From: Minisyncoccia bacterium
Lineage (GTDB): Bacteria > Patescibacteriota > Minisyncoccia > UBA6257 > 2-01-FULL-56-20
Length of the DNA stretch: 64,000 nucleotides
Reading direction: 5' to 3'
NCBI GenBank assembly: GCA_049997875.1
Contig: JBEKRC010000003.1
Coordinates: 18,725 to 82,724, forward strand
In this document: piece by piece, positions 36,923 through 46,146 of the stretch
Layout: the number at the start of each line of letters is the position of its first letter
Position numbering within the stretch: position 1 is the stretch's first letter
Notes under the pieces: model-generated
Told to the model about the DNA's origin: nothing
The model's database searches: none
Seen by the model: the letters and a program-made list of their open reading frames with translations, nothing else
Program-made: the position numbers and the translations under genes

Positions 36923-39589
36923 TTATTTGCCATGGCACTTCTTATACTTTTTCCCGCTGCCGCAAGGGCAGGGATCATTGCGGCCAATCTTCCCGGAACG
37001 TGATACACCGTGAGGTGATTGGAACGCCGCGCGGTTCGGATTGGCGACGCCGGGAGCACCGCCCGCCGCCTGTGCGGACATATTCAATAACTTGAACGTG
37101 TTCGCAAACACCATCCCGTTGAAGTTGTGCCAGAAATCCTTGAAAAGGCGGCTTGCTTCGTGGCGGTATTCCACGAGCGGGTCGCGCTGGCCGTAGGCGC
37201 GGAGGCCGACGGATTCCTGCAGTGCTTCCAGGTCCTCAAGGTTCGTCATCCAAAGCATGTCCAAAATGCCGAGGAGCTGGTTTTTAGCGAGCGAATTCTC
37301 CGCCACCCTGGCCGCCTGTTCTTCCAAAAACTTCCTCGCATCATCTGCGGTCTTCAGATTTTCAAACGCGATGTCTCCCGCGGCACCGTTCGGAAGGAGT
37401 TGCACCTCTTTAAAAACCTTCGCAATCCCCTCGCGTTGCTCCTTCAATCCCGCCGCGCCAGATCCTTCTTCAAACACCGGCGCGAACGCCGCATCAAAAT
37501 GCGCCATCACGGCCTCCGTGATCGTCTTCGCAACGTCCGTTTTCGTCATCAATCCCAAAATTTCCGCGCGGCGCTTATAGACCGCCGAACGCTGCTTGTT
37601 CAGAACGTCATCATATTCAAGCAAGTGCTTGCGGAGATCAAAATTCGCGCCCTCCACCTTCGCCTGCGCCTCGGCAACCGCCTTTGTCACAAATTTGAAC
37701 TCAATCGGCTGATCGTCCGGAACGTCAAGCCGTTCCATCATATTCTTCAACCGGTCGCCGCCGAAAATTCGGAGAAGATCGTCCTCTGCGGAGAGAAAAA
37801 ATTGCGTGGAGCCCGGATCGCCCTGCCGCCCGGAACGACCGCGCAGTTGATTATCAATGCGCCGCGCCTCGTGCCGTTCGGTACCCACGATGTGCAAACC
37901 GCCAAGTTCGCGCACTTTTGCCGCATCTTCCGGCTTCGGCGGATTGCCGCCCAAAACGATGTCCACGCCGCGTCCGGCGACATTCGTCGCAACCGTAACG
38001 GCGTGAGGACGCCCAGCCTGCGCGATGATCGCGCCCTCGCGTTCGTTGTTTTTCGCATTTAAAACCTCGTGCGAAACGCCCGCCTTTGAAAGCGCGGCGG
38101 AAAAAATCTCGTTCTTCGCGATGGAGGTCGTTCCGATAAGAACCGGCTGGCCCTTCTTCTGCCGTTCGCCTACATCCTTCGCCACCGCATCCATCTTCAC
38201 CATGAAATTTTTGTAAATAAGGTCGTTCGCATCGCGGCGCACGAGCGGCCGGTTCGGCGGGACGCTCATCACCTCAAGGTTGTAAACTTTATAGAACTCC
38301 TCCGCCGAGGTCTGCGCGGTTCCCGTCATGCCGGAGATTTTTTCGTACATGCGGAAATAATTTTGGATGGAGATTTTTGCGTAGGTGCGCGACTCTTCCT
38401 TTACGTTCACGCCTTCTTTCGCTTCAATCGCCTGATGGAGTCCCGCCTGATAGCGCCGACCGATAAGCATCCTTCCCGTGAATTCATCCACGATGATCAC
38501 TTCCCCGTTTTTGACCACATAGTCGCGGTCGCGTTGGAAAAGCGCCTTCGCCTTTACGCTTTCCTCCAAATAATGCACGAGGCGGATATTCTCCGGCGCG
38601 TAAATGTTCTTGATACCGAGCATCTTTTCCACTTTTTCCACGCCTGCATCCGCGATCGCGACCGATTTCCGTTTTTCGTCCACTTCGTAATCATTTTCTT
38701 TTTCCAAAAGCGCCGCCACCCGCGCAAATGCTTTGTACGCGTCGCTGGACTCCGAATCTGGCGCCGCGATGATGAGCGGCGTCCGCGCTTCGTCTATCAA
38801 AATGCTGTCCACCTCGTCTATGATCGCAAAGTAATGCTCACGTTGGACGCGATCCTCCAAGCGATAGACCAAGTTGTCGCGCAGATAATCAAAACCGAAC
38901 TCGTGATTCGTGCCATAGGTAACGTCCGCATTGTACGCTTCGCGGCGTGGCACCGGGCGCAAGAATTCCTGCTGTACCAAGAAACTGCCGGTTGTGTCCC
39001 GTTCTTTATCCAATAATTTAGATGTTTCGGGGTTTTGAGAAGCAACGCCCTTGCCCTCCTCGGGAGCCTTATAAAGCGGGTCGTACATGAACGCGGCGTT
39101 TGGCACAAGGCACGCCACGGAGAGGCCGAGCGCGCGATAAATCTGTCCCATCCAAACCGCGTCGCGGCGAGCCAGATATTCGTTCACAGTGACAATGTGC
39201 ACACCGAGTCCCCTAAGCGCATTGAGATACGCGGGCGCCACGGCCGCAAGCGTCTTCCCTTCGCCCGTTATCATCTCCGCGACCGCGCCCTTGTGGAGCA
39301 CAAGCCCGCCCAAAAGCTGCACGTCAAACGGGCGCTGGCCGAGCGTCCGCTTTGCCGCCTCGCGCACGAGGGCAAACGCACGCGGGAGGATTTCGTCAAG
39401 TACTGCCTTGTCCATTTCGCGTTCAGTCGTCTCCCCCGCCATCCGGACTTTTAATTTTATGCTCTCCGCCATGAGCCCTTCGTCGCTCAATTTCGTAATC
39501 TCCTCCTCAAGCGCATTTATTGCGTGCACCGTTTCGGCGAGTTCTGCGAGCGACCGCTTCGCGAAAAATTTTTTGATGGAACCGAGCAT
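36923..39589 (-). CDS. secA: preprotein translocase ATPase SecA
   Basis: 888 aa. DEAD-like motifs (MxTGEGKT, DEVDSILIDEARTPLII) and C-terminal Zn-binding CPCGSGKKYKKCHG. Confidence 0.92.
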   Translation of the reverse strand: MLGSIKKFFAKRSLAELAETVHAINALEEEITKLSDEGLMAESIKLKVRMAGETTEREMDKAVLDEILPRAFALVREAAKRTLGQRPFDVQLLGGLVLHKGAVAEMITGEGKTLAAVAPAYLNALRGLGVHIVTVNEYLARRDAVWMGQIYRALGLSVACLVPNAAFMYDPLYKAPEEGKGVASQNPETSKLLDKERDTTGSFLVQQEFLRPVPRREAYNADVTYGTNHEFGFDYLRDNLVYRLEDRVQREHYFAIIDEVDSILIDEARTPLIIAAPDSESSDAYKAFARVAALLEKENDYEVDEKRKSVAIADAGVEKVEKMLGIKNIYAPENIRLVHYLEESVKAKALFQRDRDYVVKNGEVIIVDEFTGRMLIGRRYQAGLHQAIEAKEGVNVKEESRTYAKISIQNYFRMYEKISGMTGTAQTSAEEFYKVYNLEVMSVPPNRPLVRRDANDLIYKNFMVKMDAVAKDVGERQKKGQPVLIGTTSIAKNEIFSAALSKAGVSHEVLNAKNNEREGAIIAQAGRPHAVTVATNVAGRGVDIVLGGNPPKPEDAAKVRELGGLHIVGTERHEARRIDNQLRGRSGRQGDPGSTQFFLSAEDDLLRIFGGDRLKNMMERLDVPDDQPIEFKFVTKAVAEAQAKVEGANFDLRKHLLEYDDVLNKQRSAVYKRRAEILGLMTKTDVAKTITEAVMAHFDAAFAPVFEEGSGAAGLKEQREGIAKVFKEVQLLPNGAAGDIAFENLKTADDARKFLEEQAARVAENSLAKNQLLGILDMLWMTNLEDLEALQESVGLRAYGQRDPLVEYRHEASRLFKDFWHNFNGMVFANTFKLLNMSAQAAGGAPGVANPNRAAFQSPHGVSRSGKIGRNDPCPCGSGKKYKKCHGK

Positions 39590-39725
39590 GTGTAAGGATT
39601 ATAGGTACTCCACCAAAAAATTGCCAGAACCCATAACGGGGAAAGGTTGGACAAAATAATCATATTATGATAGAATTATTTCTAGCTGGGAGCCCTACCC
39701 TAGGGGTTCCTGGCGGAGGTGAACA

Positions 39726-40268
39726 TTGACACCACGAACCAACCGCGTTGGACCGAGGATACTGCTCGTGATGGTAGTATTCGCATCGGCCGCACACGCT
39801 CAAGTCCAGCAATTCCGACAAAGAACGCCAGAGGAAACGAAAAGGGATTCCAGGAAACTGGATAACCTTTATAGAATTTCCCGGCTGTATCTCAGCGTCG
39901 GAACCGGACTGGACGGATTCAGTACCGCCAGGGGACTGAACCACCCCACGATAGCGCACAGGACGGATCAATCCGTCTTGGGGTACTTTTATGGTACGGA
40001 GGTTGGCTGGGCAGGCTCCGTCGTCGGGAAGAGGAATACGAGCGCCGTAGTAGCGGCGAACGTTCTTCTGAACTTCGGCGTAGAACGACTCAGTCGAACT
40101 CTCTATCGTAAAGGGGGGCGTTGGCGGCTTCTCGCCATTGGGCTCTGCCTGTGGAAGGCAACAGACAGTACCGTGGCAGGAGTCGGCAATTTTCGATTCA
40201 ACGCGGGGATCGATGCAAGATTACGTACTGCAACGGGCTATCAGGGAAAGATTATCTGGTCCCACTAG
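39726..40268 (+). CDS. secreted beta-strand-rich protein (TTG start; possible beta-barrel-like fold)
   Basis: SD GGAGGTG at 39715-39721, then TTG at 39726. Signal peptide RILLVMVVFASAAHAQ. Alternating hydrophobic beta-strand pattern. Followed by a structured 230-nt 3' region and a terminator. Confidence 0.5.
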   Translation: MTPRTNRVGPRILLVMVVFASAAHAQVQQFRQRTPEETKRDSRKLDNLYRISRLYLSVGTGLDGFSTARGLNHPTIAHRTDQSVLGYFYGTEVGWAGSVVGKRNTSAVVAANVLLNFGVERLSRTLYRKGGRWRLLAIGLCLWKATDSTVAGVGNFRFNAGIDARLRTATGYQGKIIWSH

Positions 40269-40502
40269 TGGGGCCTAGAGATCTGAACCGATAACCCTGC
40301 GCTTTGGCTGGCGACTGAGGGGTGGCTCCCTTCAGCCGCCGGCCCATTTCACCGAAGCCACAACACAATTCAGCCTGGCAAGTCAATCCCTTGACAACTG
40401 GGAGCGTCCTGCTAAACTGAATCTAGGTCTTGTTCTTTCAGTGGTGGTCGTCCTGCAGCTGCTGCTGCAGAAGACGACCCTAGGGTACTACTGAAAAGAC
40501 CG

Positions 40503-40562
40503 CAAAAATGAAGGAGGGTCGGCCACCTAGCCAGGTGCAACCACCCTCCTTCTAACTTTTTT
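40503..40562. terminator. bidirectional intrinsic terminator (A-run, 10-bp GC-rich stem, T-run)
   Basis: caaaaatGAAGGAGGGT...ACCCTCCTTCtaactttttt. Terminates hpf (minus strand) and the plus-strand 39726 gene region. Confidence 0.6.
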
Positions 40563-40576
40563 GGGGATTACTTTTT

Positions 40577-40912
40577 CTAGGAACTTCCCCGTTTTACTCT
40601 TGCAAACTTCGTTTTATATTTTTCAATCTCCAGCCGCAGCGTGTCCTTCGTCCGGTCAATCGCTTTGCGAACGTCATCCGCATACTCCTCGGCGCGGAGG
40701 ATCTTGCGCGGCAGGCGCAGGTCCGCGACCACAAGGAACACTTCGTCGCCTTTCTGGTGGTGACGCGTGGTGCGGGAAATCTCAAGCCAAATTTCGGCTT
40801 CACCAGTTTCATCAAACTTCTTTATGAACTTCGCGAGTGGCACAAGTTTTTCATCAACATAGGTACGGAGCGGCGCCGTAAGATCAAGGTTGGTTTTTAT
40901 GTTGATTTTCAT
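40577..40912 (-). CDS. hpf: ribosome hibernation promoting factor (RaiA/YfiA/HPF family)
   Basis: 111 aa. ...DEKLVPLAKFIKKFDETGEAEIWLEISRTTRHHQKGDEVFLVVADLRL... Typical position upstream of secA. Confidence 0.8.
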   Translation of the reverse strand: MKINIKTNLDLTAPLRTYVDEKLVPLAKFIKKFDETGEAEIWLEISRTTRHHQKGDEVFLVVADLRLPRKILRAEEYADDVRKAIDRTKDTLRLEIEKYKTKFARVKRGSS

Positions 40913-40917
40913 AAGAG

Positions 40918-41889
40918 TTATACGATTTGCACTTCTTCTTCCAACTCCACGCCGAATTTTTCCTTCACGGCGAACTTTGCGAGCGCGATGAGCTCCTTCA
41001 CGTCGGATGATTGCGCGCCGAGGACGTTCACAATAAAGTTCGGATGCTTGGCGGAGATCATCGCGCCGCCAGAACTTACCCCGCGCAGCCCTGCTTCTGC
41101 GATGAGCTTCACGGCATAGATCACGGGGAAAGGGTCGGTCTTTATGGAAAAATGGGAGCCGCGGAAATGGAGTTTTCCTTCCCGCAACGCTTTCTTGTAT
41201 TCCGCACTGCCCTTTTTATGAACTGCCGCGAGCGGCACATTCTTAAAAATGCTGCCGATATTGGGATAGTCCAACGGGTGGTTTTTCGCGCGATGGTCTA
41301 TCTTTTCTTGGATCGCAGCGGCGATTTCTTTTTTATCTCCTTTCTTTAGTCGAAGTGTCGCCGAAAGGACGATCTCCCGGCCATCCTTCTTTTTGAAAAT
41401 GCTCGCGCGATAGCCGAACGCGCATTTCGCGAGAGGCCGCTCAATTATCTTCATCGTCTTCGTGTCAAAGCTCCGCACCGATTTCACCACATCCTTTACC
41501 TCGCCGCCGAAGCAGCCGGCATTGCCGCGGATCGCCCCGCCCAAAGTTCCCGGCAGGCCGCCTGCCCATTCAAGGCCGGAAAGCGATTTCCTTGCGGAAA
41601 ATTTCAAAAGTTCTTCCATGGACACCCCTGCGCCCACGGTGAGCTCCGTCCCCGCCGATTTGAGCGTGAGGAGGTTCGGCCGGAGCACGAGCCCGTCAAA
41701 CCCGCGATTGTCAATCAAAAGGTTCGTCCCTCCGCCCAAAATAAAAATGGGCAGCCTTCTCGCTTTTGCCTCTTTCACCGCCCATAGCACCTCTTTCTCG
41801 TTTTTGGGCGCAAAAAAGAAACGCGCCGGACCGCCGATCTTGTAATTGCTGTAACGTGCGAGCGTCACGTTTTCCTGAAATTTTGGCAT
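40918..41889 (-). CDS. murB: UDP-N-acetylenolpyruvoylglucosamine reductase
   Basis: Start trimmed to MPKFQENV. FAD-binding ...YKIGGPARFFF...LGGGTNLL... and C-terminal MurB domain. Confidence 0.8.
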   Translation of the reverse strand: MPKFQENVTLARYSNYKIGGPARFFFAPKNEKEVLWAVKEAKARRLPIFILGGGTNLLIDNRGFDGLVLRPNLLTLKSAGTELTVGAGVSMEELLKFSARKSLSGLEWAGGLPGTLGGAIRGNAGCFGGEVKDVVKSVRSFDTKTMKIIERPLAKCAFGYRASIFKKKDGREIVLSATLRLKKGDKKEIAAAIQEKIDHRAKNHPLDYPNIGSIFKNVPLAAVHKKGSAEYKKALREGKLHFRGSHFSIKTDPFPVIYAVKLIAEAGLRGVSSGGAMISAKHPNFIVNVLGAQSSDVKELIALAKFAVKEKFGVELEEEVQIV

Positions 41890-42330
41890 ATTCTTGTTTT
41901 TGAGCCGCACGTTGAAAGCCCACTCCACTGCTTGAGTGAACGGAGAACAGAAAGAAATTAGAACGGCCGCTCCACCCAATTCTCAAAGAGTTTTACGAAC
42001 CACGCGCCGCGAGGGGTGCGCTTCCTGCTTTAAAGAACTGGGTGGAGCGGCTGTGGTGACCTCCAATTCTTTTTGTGGTTGAATGAGTGCTCTCCAGCCG
42101 GCTCCGCTATCAGTATAGAATATGCACATTAAAAAACAATAAAACCGGCCTTTAAAACCAAAAGTCCCCTTGCGGGGGCTCCTGGCCAAAAAGAATTGTG
42201 TGGGATTTTCCTCAGTCGACGTCGTCGTTAAGGAAAACTCGCACCCATTCACTGGCATTATAGCAGATACCCGGAGAAAACGCAAGCCCCAGCCGTACGT
42301 TCGGTTGCCGAACTGCGGCTGGACAATGCC

Positions 42331-42954
42331 CTATGTCCTTGTTGTGGGTTTTTTGAATACCACGTATTTGTACCCCAGAAAGTCCCAGAGGAAGCCGGAC
42401 GCTACCCCTACCATGGCCCCGATATTAGCCCAAAGATTCGCGGAAATCGCCGCCGGACGCGCGACACCGCTGAACACATAGGACGCCACGCCTACATTAA
42501 TGAGGAAACCGCCGATTGCGACAAGATAAAACTTGATGGTTTGTGATGGATTCGCCGGTTCACGGGAATCAAACGTCCAAAACTTGTTCCAGAAAAAGCT
42601 GTTCGTCGTTGCCGCAAGGAAGGAAACCGCTTTAAAAACCCGATAGGGCCACGCCGCAGGCGTTCCAAAAGCCAAAATCTCAAGATTCAAGACACCTATA
42701 TCAACGAAGGTGTTCAGAACTCCCACCGCCGCAAACTTCCCGAATTGATAAAGCACCGGCAAAATTTTCCCCACAAGATAGAGGATAAAGAGCGCGAGCG
42801 GCGCAAGGATCGCAAAGCCGAGAAACACAACCATGCGCAACGTGAGCGTGAGATTCAGATTAAATGAACCTGCGACATTCGCAAGAATCGGCTGCGAAAG
42901 AAGCCCGACCGCTGCCCCGATGATGACGATAGCCAACCAATCACCTCGTTTCAT
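42331..42954 (-). CDS. GtrA-family membrane protein (polysaccharide synthesis-associated)
   Basis: C-terminal half ...QFGKFAAVGVLNTFVDIGVLNL...FLAATTNSFFWNKFWTF is typical of GtrA. Confidence 0.6.
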   Translation of the reverse strand: MKRGDWLAIVIIGAAVGLLSQPILANVAGSFNLNLTLTLRMVVFLGFAILAPLALFILYLVGKILPVLYQFGKFAAVGVLNTFVDIGVLNLEILAFGTPAAWPYRVFKAVSFLAATTNSFFWNKFWTFDSREPANPSQTIKFYLVAIGGFLINVGVASYVFSGVARPAAISANLWANIGAMVGVASGFLWDFLGYKYVVFKKPTTRT

Positions 42955-42962
42955 GGAAAAGA

Positions 42963-43724
42963 TTAATTAAGTTGGTAGGTAATACTCACGTCGTCCGTGA
43001 TGTCCTGCGTGCCCGGTTGGATGGTGGGTGCGGTGATCTCTTGCATACCGCCCGCCGCCAACGGCGCGCTTGCGACCATTGACACCGGACGGACGGGAAT
43101 ATAGTTGCTCTCCGCGACGCTCACCGCTTTCCCTAACGAAACTCCGGCTTCCGCGGCCATCTCCTTTGCCTTTGCGAGCGCTTTTGAAAATGCGTCCGCA
43201 CGTGCAGCCGCAAGCACTTTCTCCTCATCCGCAAAGGTAAACGTAATCCCACCCACCTGATTTACGCCGAGTGGCGTAAGCCCGCCGATTACCGGAGCTA
43301 CCTTGCTCAAATCGCGCACCTTCACCTCCACCGTCTGCGTGAGGGTATAGCCCGTTATGTAATTACGCTGGGTGTTTCTGTCCCATTGATAATTTGGCGA
43401 AAGGTCGTAGTTCGTCGTCGTGATGTCGGTATCCGCAATGCCCTGCGATTTTACGAACGTGAGCACCGCGTTCATTTTCTGATTGTTGTTATCCGCGAGA
43501 GTGTTTGGATTTTGTCCTTGCGTGACGACCGAAAACGAAATCTCCGCAAGATCGGGACTCGCTGTCGTCTTTCCCTCCGCCGAAACCGTGAGGGTCCGTG
43601 CCGGATAATACCCGTCCCCTATCTTCTGCAACATCGGCATCACAAAGAACACGACGTTTATGACCGCGACCGCAACGAACACATCAAGTAAAATCCAAAA
43701 CCACTTTTTGCCATTTTCCATCAT
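42963..43724 (-). CDS. SIMPL/DUF541-family (BP26-like) secreted protein
   Basis: 253 aa. TM/signal anchor, then conserved DUF541 regions ...AEISFSVVTQG...TGYTLTQTVEVKVRDL... Confidence 0.65.
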   Translation of the reverse strand: MMENGKKWFWILLDVFVAVAVINVVFFVMPMLQKIGDGYYPARTLTVSAEGKTTASPDLAEISFSVVTQGQNPNTLADNNNQKMNAVLTFVKSQGIADTDITTTNYDLSPNYQWDRNTQRNYITGYTLTQTVEVKVRDLSKVAPVIGGLTPLGVNQVGGITFTFADEEKVLAAARADAFSKALAKAKEMAAEAGVSLGKAVSVAESNYIPVRPVSMVASAPLAAGGMQEITAPTIQPGTQDITDDVSITYQLN

Positions 43725-43728
43725 GTAG

Positions 43729-44478
43729 TTATATGTTGATTATTATTTTTTTGAATTCTCCGGCCTTTATGCTTGCGCCCCCGACGAGAACGCCGCTTAC
43801 CTGGTTACATTGTACATAATCGGCAATGTTTTTGCTGTCCACAGAACCGCCGTAGAGCGCCCGCGGAGCAAATTTTTTGATGGCGTCCGCCATGAGTGCC
43901 GCATCCTCCGGACGGGCGTTGCAACCCGTGCCGATGGCCCAGATCGGTTCATAGGCAACGATCACATACGGCAGCCGCGCACGAGGAACGCCGGCGAGAT
44001 CCTTTTTCAACTGACCTTCCACAAACTTTCTCGCAGCAGCAGTCCCCTTTTTCCGAATCGGGAGCGATTCGCCGACGCAAAGTATTACGCGTAAGCCATC
44101 ACGCAATGCACGCCGCACCTTTTTGTTGATCATCGCATCCGTTTCTTTAAGCCACTTCCGCCGCTCCGAATGGCCGACGATCACGTATCGCACCCCAAGC
44201 GATTTGAGCATCCGCGGCCCCACCTCGCTCGTGTACGGACCTTTCTCTTCCCAAAACACGTCCTGCGCGCCGAGGACGACATGCCGTTTTTTCTCACGCC
44301 TGCGTACATCGGCAATGCACTCCAAATAGATAAAGGGCGGACATACGACAACTTCAACTCCGTTCACGGGCTTTATCTTCGCCACGGCGCGGAAAAGCGC
44401 GAGTGCCTGCTTCTCGCTTTTCGGGTTTTCCTTCCAGTTTGCGACGACGAGCTTCCGCATATGCAACCATTTTAACAT
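43729..44478 (-). CDS. tpiA: triosephosphate isomerase
   Basis: ...VVANWKEN..., ...VILCVGESL..., ...IVAYEPIWAIGTG... Confidence 0.85.
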   Translation of the reverse strand: MLKWLHMRKLVVANWKENPKSEKQALALFRAVAKIKPVNGVEVVVCPPFIYLECIADVRRREKKRHVVLGAQDVFWEEKGPYTSEVGPRMLKSLGVRYVIVGHSERRKWLKETDAMINKKVRRALRDGLRVILCVGESLPIRKKGTAAARKFVEGQLKKDLAGVPRARLPYVIVAYEPIWAIGTGCNARPEDAALMADAIKKFAPRALYGGSVDSKNIADYVQCNQVSGVLVGGASIKAGEFKKIIINI

Positions 44479-44554
44479 GTTTCAAGGAGCGACGGCCGTG
44501 CCATCGTTATGATAAAGAATGGGCGATTAAAACTATCTTAAATGCAAACAGGCA

Positions 44555-45661
44555 CTATTGGCGCTGGTTTAGATACCCACTTGCAGCCGTGGTCGTCCCG
44601 AATTCTAAGGTTGCCCAAATGGCATCGAGATTCTTGTTTAATGCGGCCGAAGACGAATCTGAAACATTAGATGCTTTGGCGATTCCCACCACAAAGGGAA
44701 CACCATTCTGCTCGAAGCTAATATAGGCTTCAGTTTGCTCTCCTGCAATAGAAAATATTTCCTCGGCAGGATATCCAAAAAGCACGGTGGAAGTTACGAT
44801 AACAATGTTTTTTCCATCATTGAGAGTCGAATTCGCTGCCTGCTGGAACACTGGTTTCTCGCCGTTCGCCCACTCCTGAGGCGTCATTGTACCGGGTGCC
44901 ACTGTGATAAAATATGGTCCTGTATTCCAGAACGGAAATGAATCTGGCGTTGAAGGTATGGGTGCGATAGATACATCTCCGCCCGCTCCTGGAGAAAACA
45001 CCATTCGAAAACCAGAAGGAAGAACTATTGAAAATTGTCCGAGAGAGGAAAGCAGCTCTCCGAGTGAAACTCTTTGACCTTGACCCTCAACAGCCGTTTG
45101 CGATGGAGTTGCGGCCATTGGAATAGACTTGATAGCCACCAGCCCCACGCAGTCAATGATGGCCAAAAGCAGGAAAAAAGTAAACGTAACGGCAAAGAAA
45201 CGTTTTCTGTTCTTCAGATAAATAACCAGAAATACAAGGGCGACAATGCCATCGATGACCGCTTCAATAATGACCTGAAGGCGGGCATTAGGAGAGAAAA
45301 GATAGCCATGCGCAAAAATGCCGTAATATCCAAACGCCTTCAGGAATATGTACGCAGCCAGAACAATGTAGCGCCATAATCCCCGCCGCCCCGACCTCAT
45401 ATTCATAGCATCTTCAACTTTCTGTTGAAATGCCGGATTGGTCATCGCAGCTGCTTCGTAATGAGCCTGCGTCCTTCCTGCCATTGCGATGCCGATGATG
45501 ATTCCGATGACAGGGAATAAAACTATTATCCCGAGGCGGGCAACGAAGCTGCTATTTTCGGAAGTCCATCCAAAGAGATAGAGAATGAAAAATGAAAGAA
45601 GGAAACCAAGGATAACTCCGGCGAGACCGAGCATAGCTTTCCGAGCAATGGGACTAAACAT
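44555..45661 (-). CDS. membrane protein (5-6 N-terminal TM helices plus extracytoplasmic C-terminal domain), function unknown
   Basis: 368-aa ORF with good coding character and no identifiable motif. Confidence 0.5.
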   Translation of the reverse strand: MFSPIARKAMLGLAGVILGFLLSFFILYLFGWTSENSSFVARLGIIVLFPVIGIIIGIAMAGRTQAHYEAAAMTNPAFQQKVEDAMNMRSGRRGLWRYIVLAAYIFLKAFGYYGIFAHGYLFSPNARLQVIIEAVIDGIVALVFLVIYLKNRKRFFAVTFTFFLLLAIIDCVGLVAIKSIPMAATPSQTAVEGQGQRVSLGELLSSLGQFSIVLPSGFRMVFSPGAGGDVSIAPIPSTPDSFPFWNTGPYFITVAPGTMTPQEWANGEKPVFQQAANSTLNDGKNIVIVTSTVLFGYPAEEIFSIAGEQTEAYISFEQNGVPFVVGIAKASNVSDSSSAALNKNLDAIWATLEFGTTTAASGYLNQRQ

Positions 45662-46018
45662 GTTTTTATTTTAACATAACCTAAAATGTGGCGTTTCAAA
45701 CGCGTTCTGCTTACCTCCAAATGAACCGCCATCGGGATTTTCACGTCGCTCGCCGCTAAGACCGGCTCGCTCCCCGGAAACCTCTCGGTTTCCGGCACCT
45801 TCCTCCACGGGGAAACTACCGTTTCCCCGACCCCCTTCCCGGTTCAAATCCCTCCATAACAAATACAAGCAATGTGATGTGCTCTTTTGAGAGGATCTCG
45901 GAGGCGATTCGCGCTTGGTATCCGCCGAAGGCGGATGCGAATCGCCGAGAGCCAGCGGGCGTGCGCCGCAGGAGCGCGCGAACCGCGTCTCTCAAAAAAG
46001 CACATCACATTGCTCGTA

Positions 46019-46092
46019 CCGCCATCGGGATTTGAACCCGAGTTTTCGCCGTGAGAGGGCGACGTCCTAAGCCAAGCTAGACGATGGCGGCA
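46019..46092 (-). tRNA. tRNA-Glu (anticodon CUC)
   Basis: Hand-folded cloverleaf: acceptor GCCGCCA/TGGCGGT, D arm GTCTAGCTTGGCTTAGGAC, anticodon loop CTCTCAC, T arm GGG-TTCAAAT-CCC. CCA is not encoded. Confidence 0.8.
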
Positions 46093-46146
46093 TTTACCTG
46101 AAATCTTAACGGGATCCGCACTGAAAATCAATTCTCTGTAAACGGT

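Noticed and set aside
45826-45856. Plus-strand GGTTCAAATCC T-loop-like sequence suggesting a second tRNA next to tRNA-Glu
   Set aside because: The flanking 5-nt segments (CCCGG / CCCTC) do not pair as a T stem, and no cloverleaf can be built. It is interpreted as part of the structured or scar region described in the findings, not as a tRNA gene.
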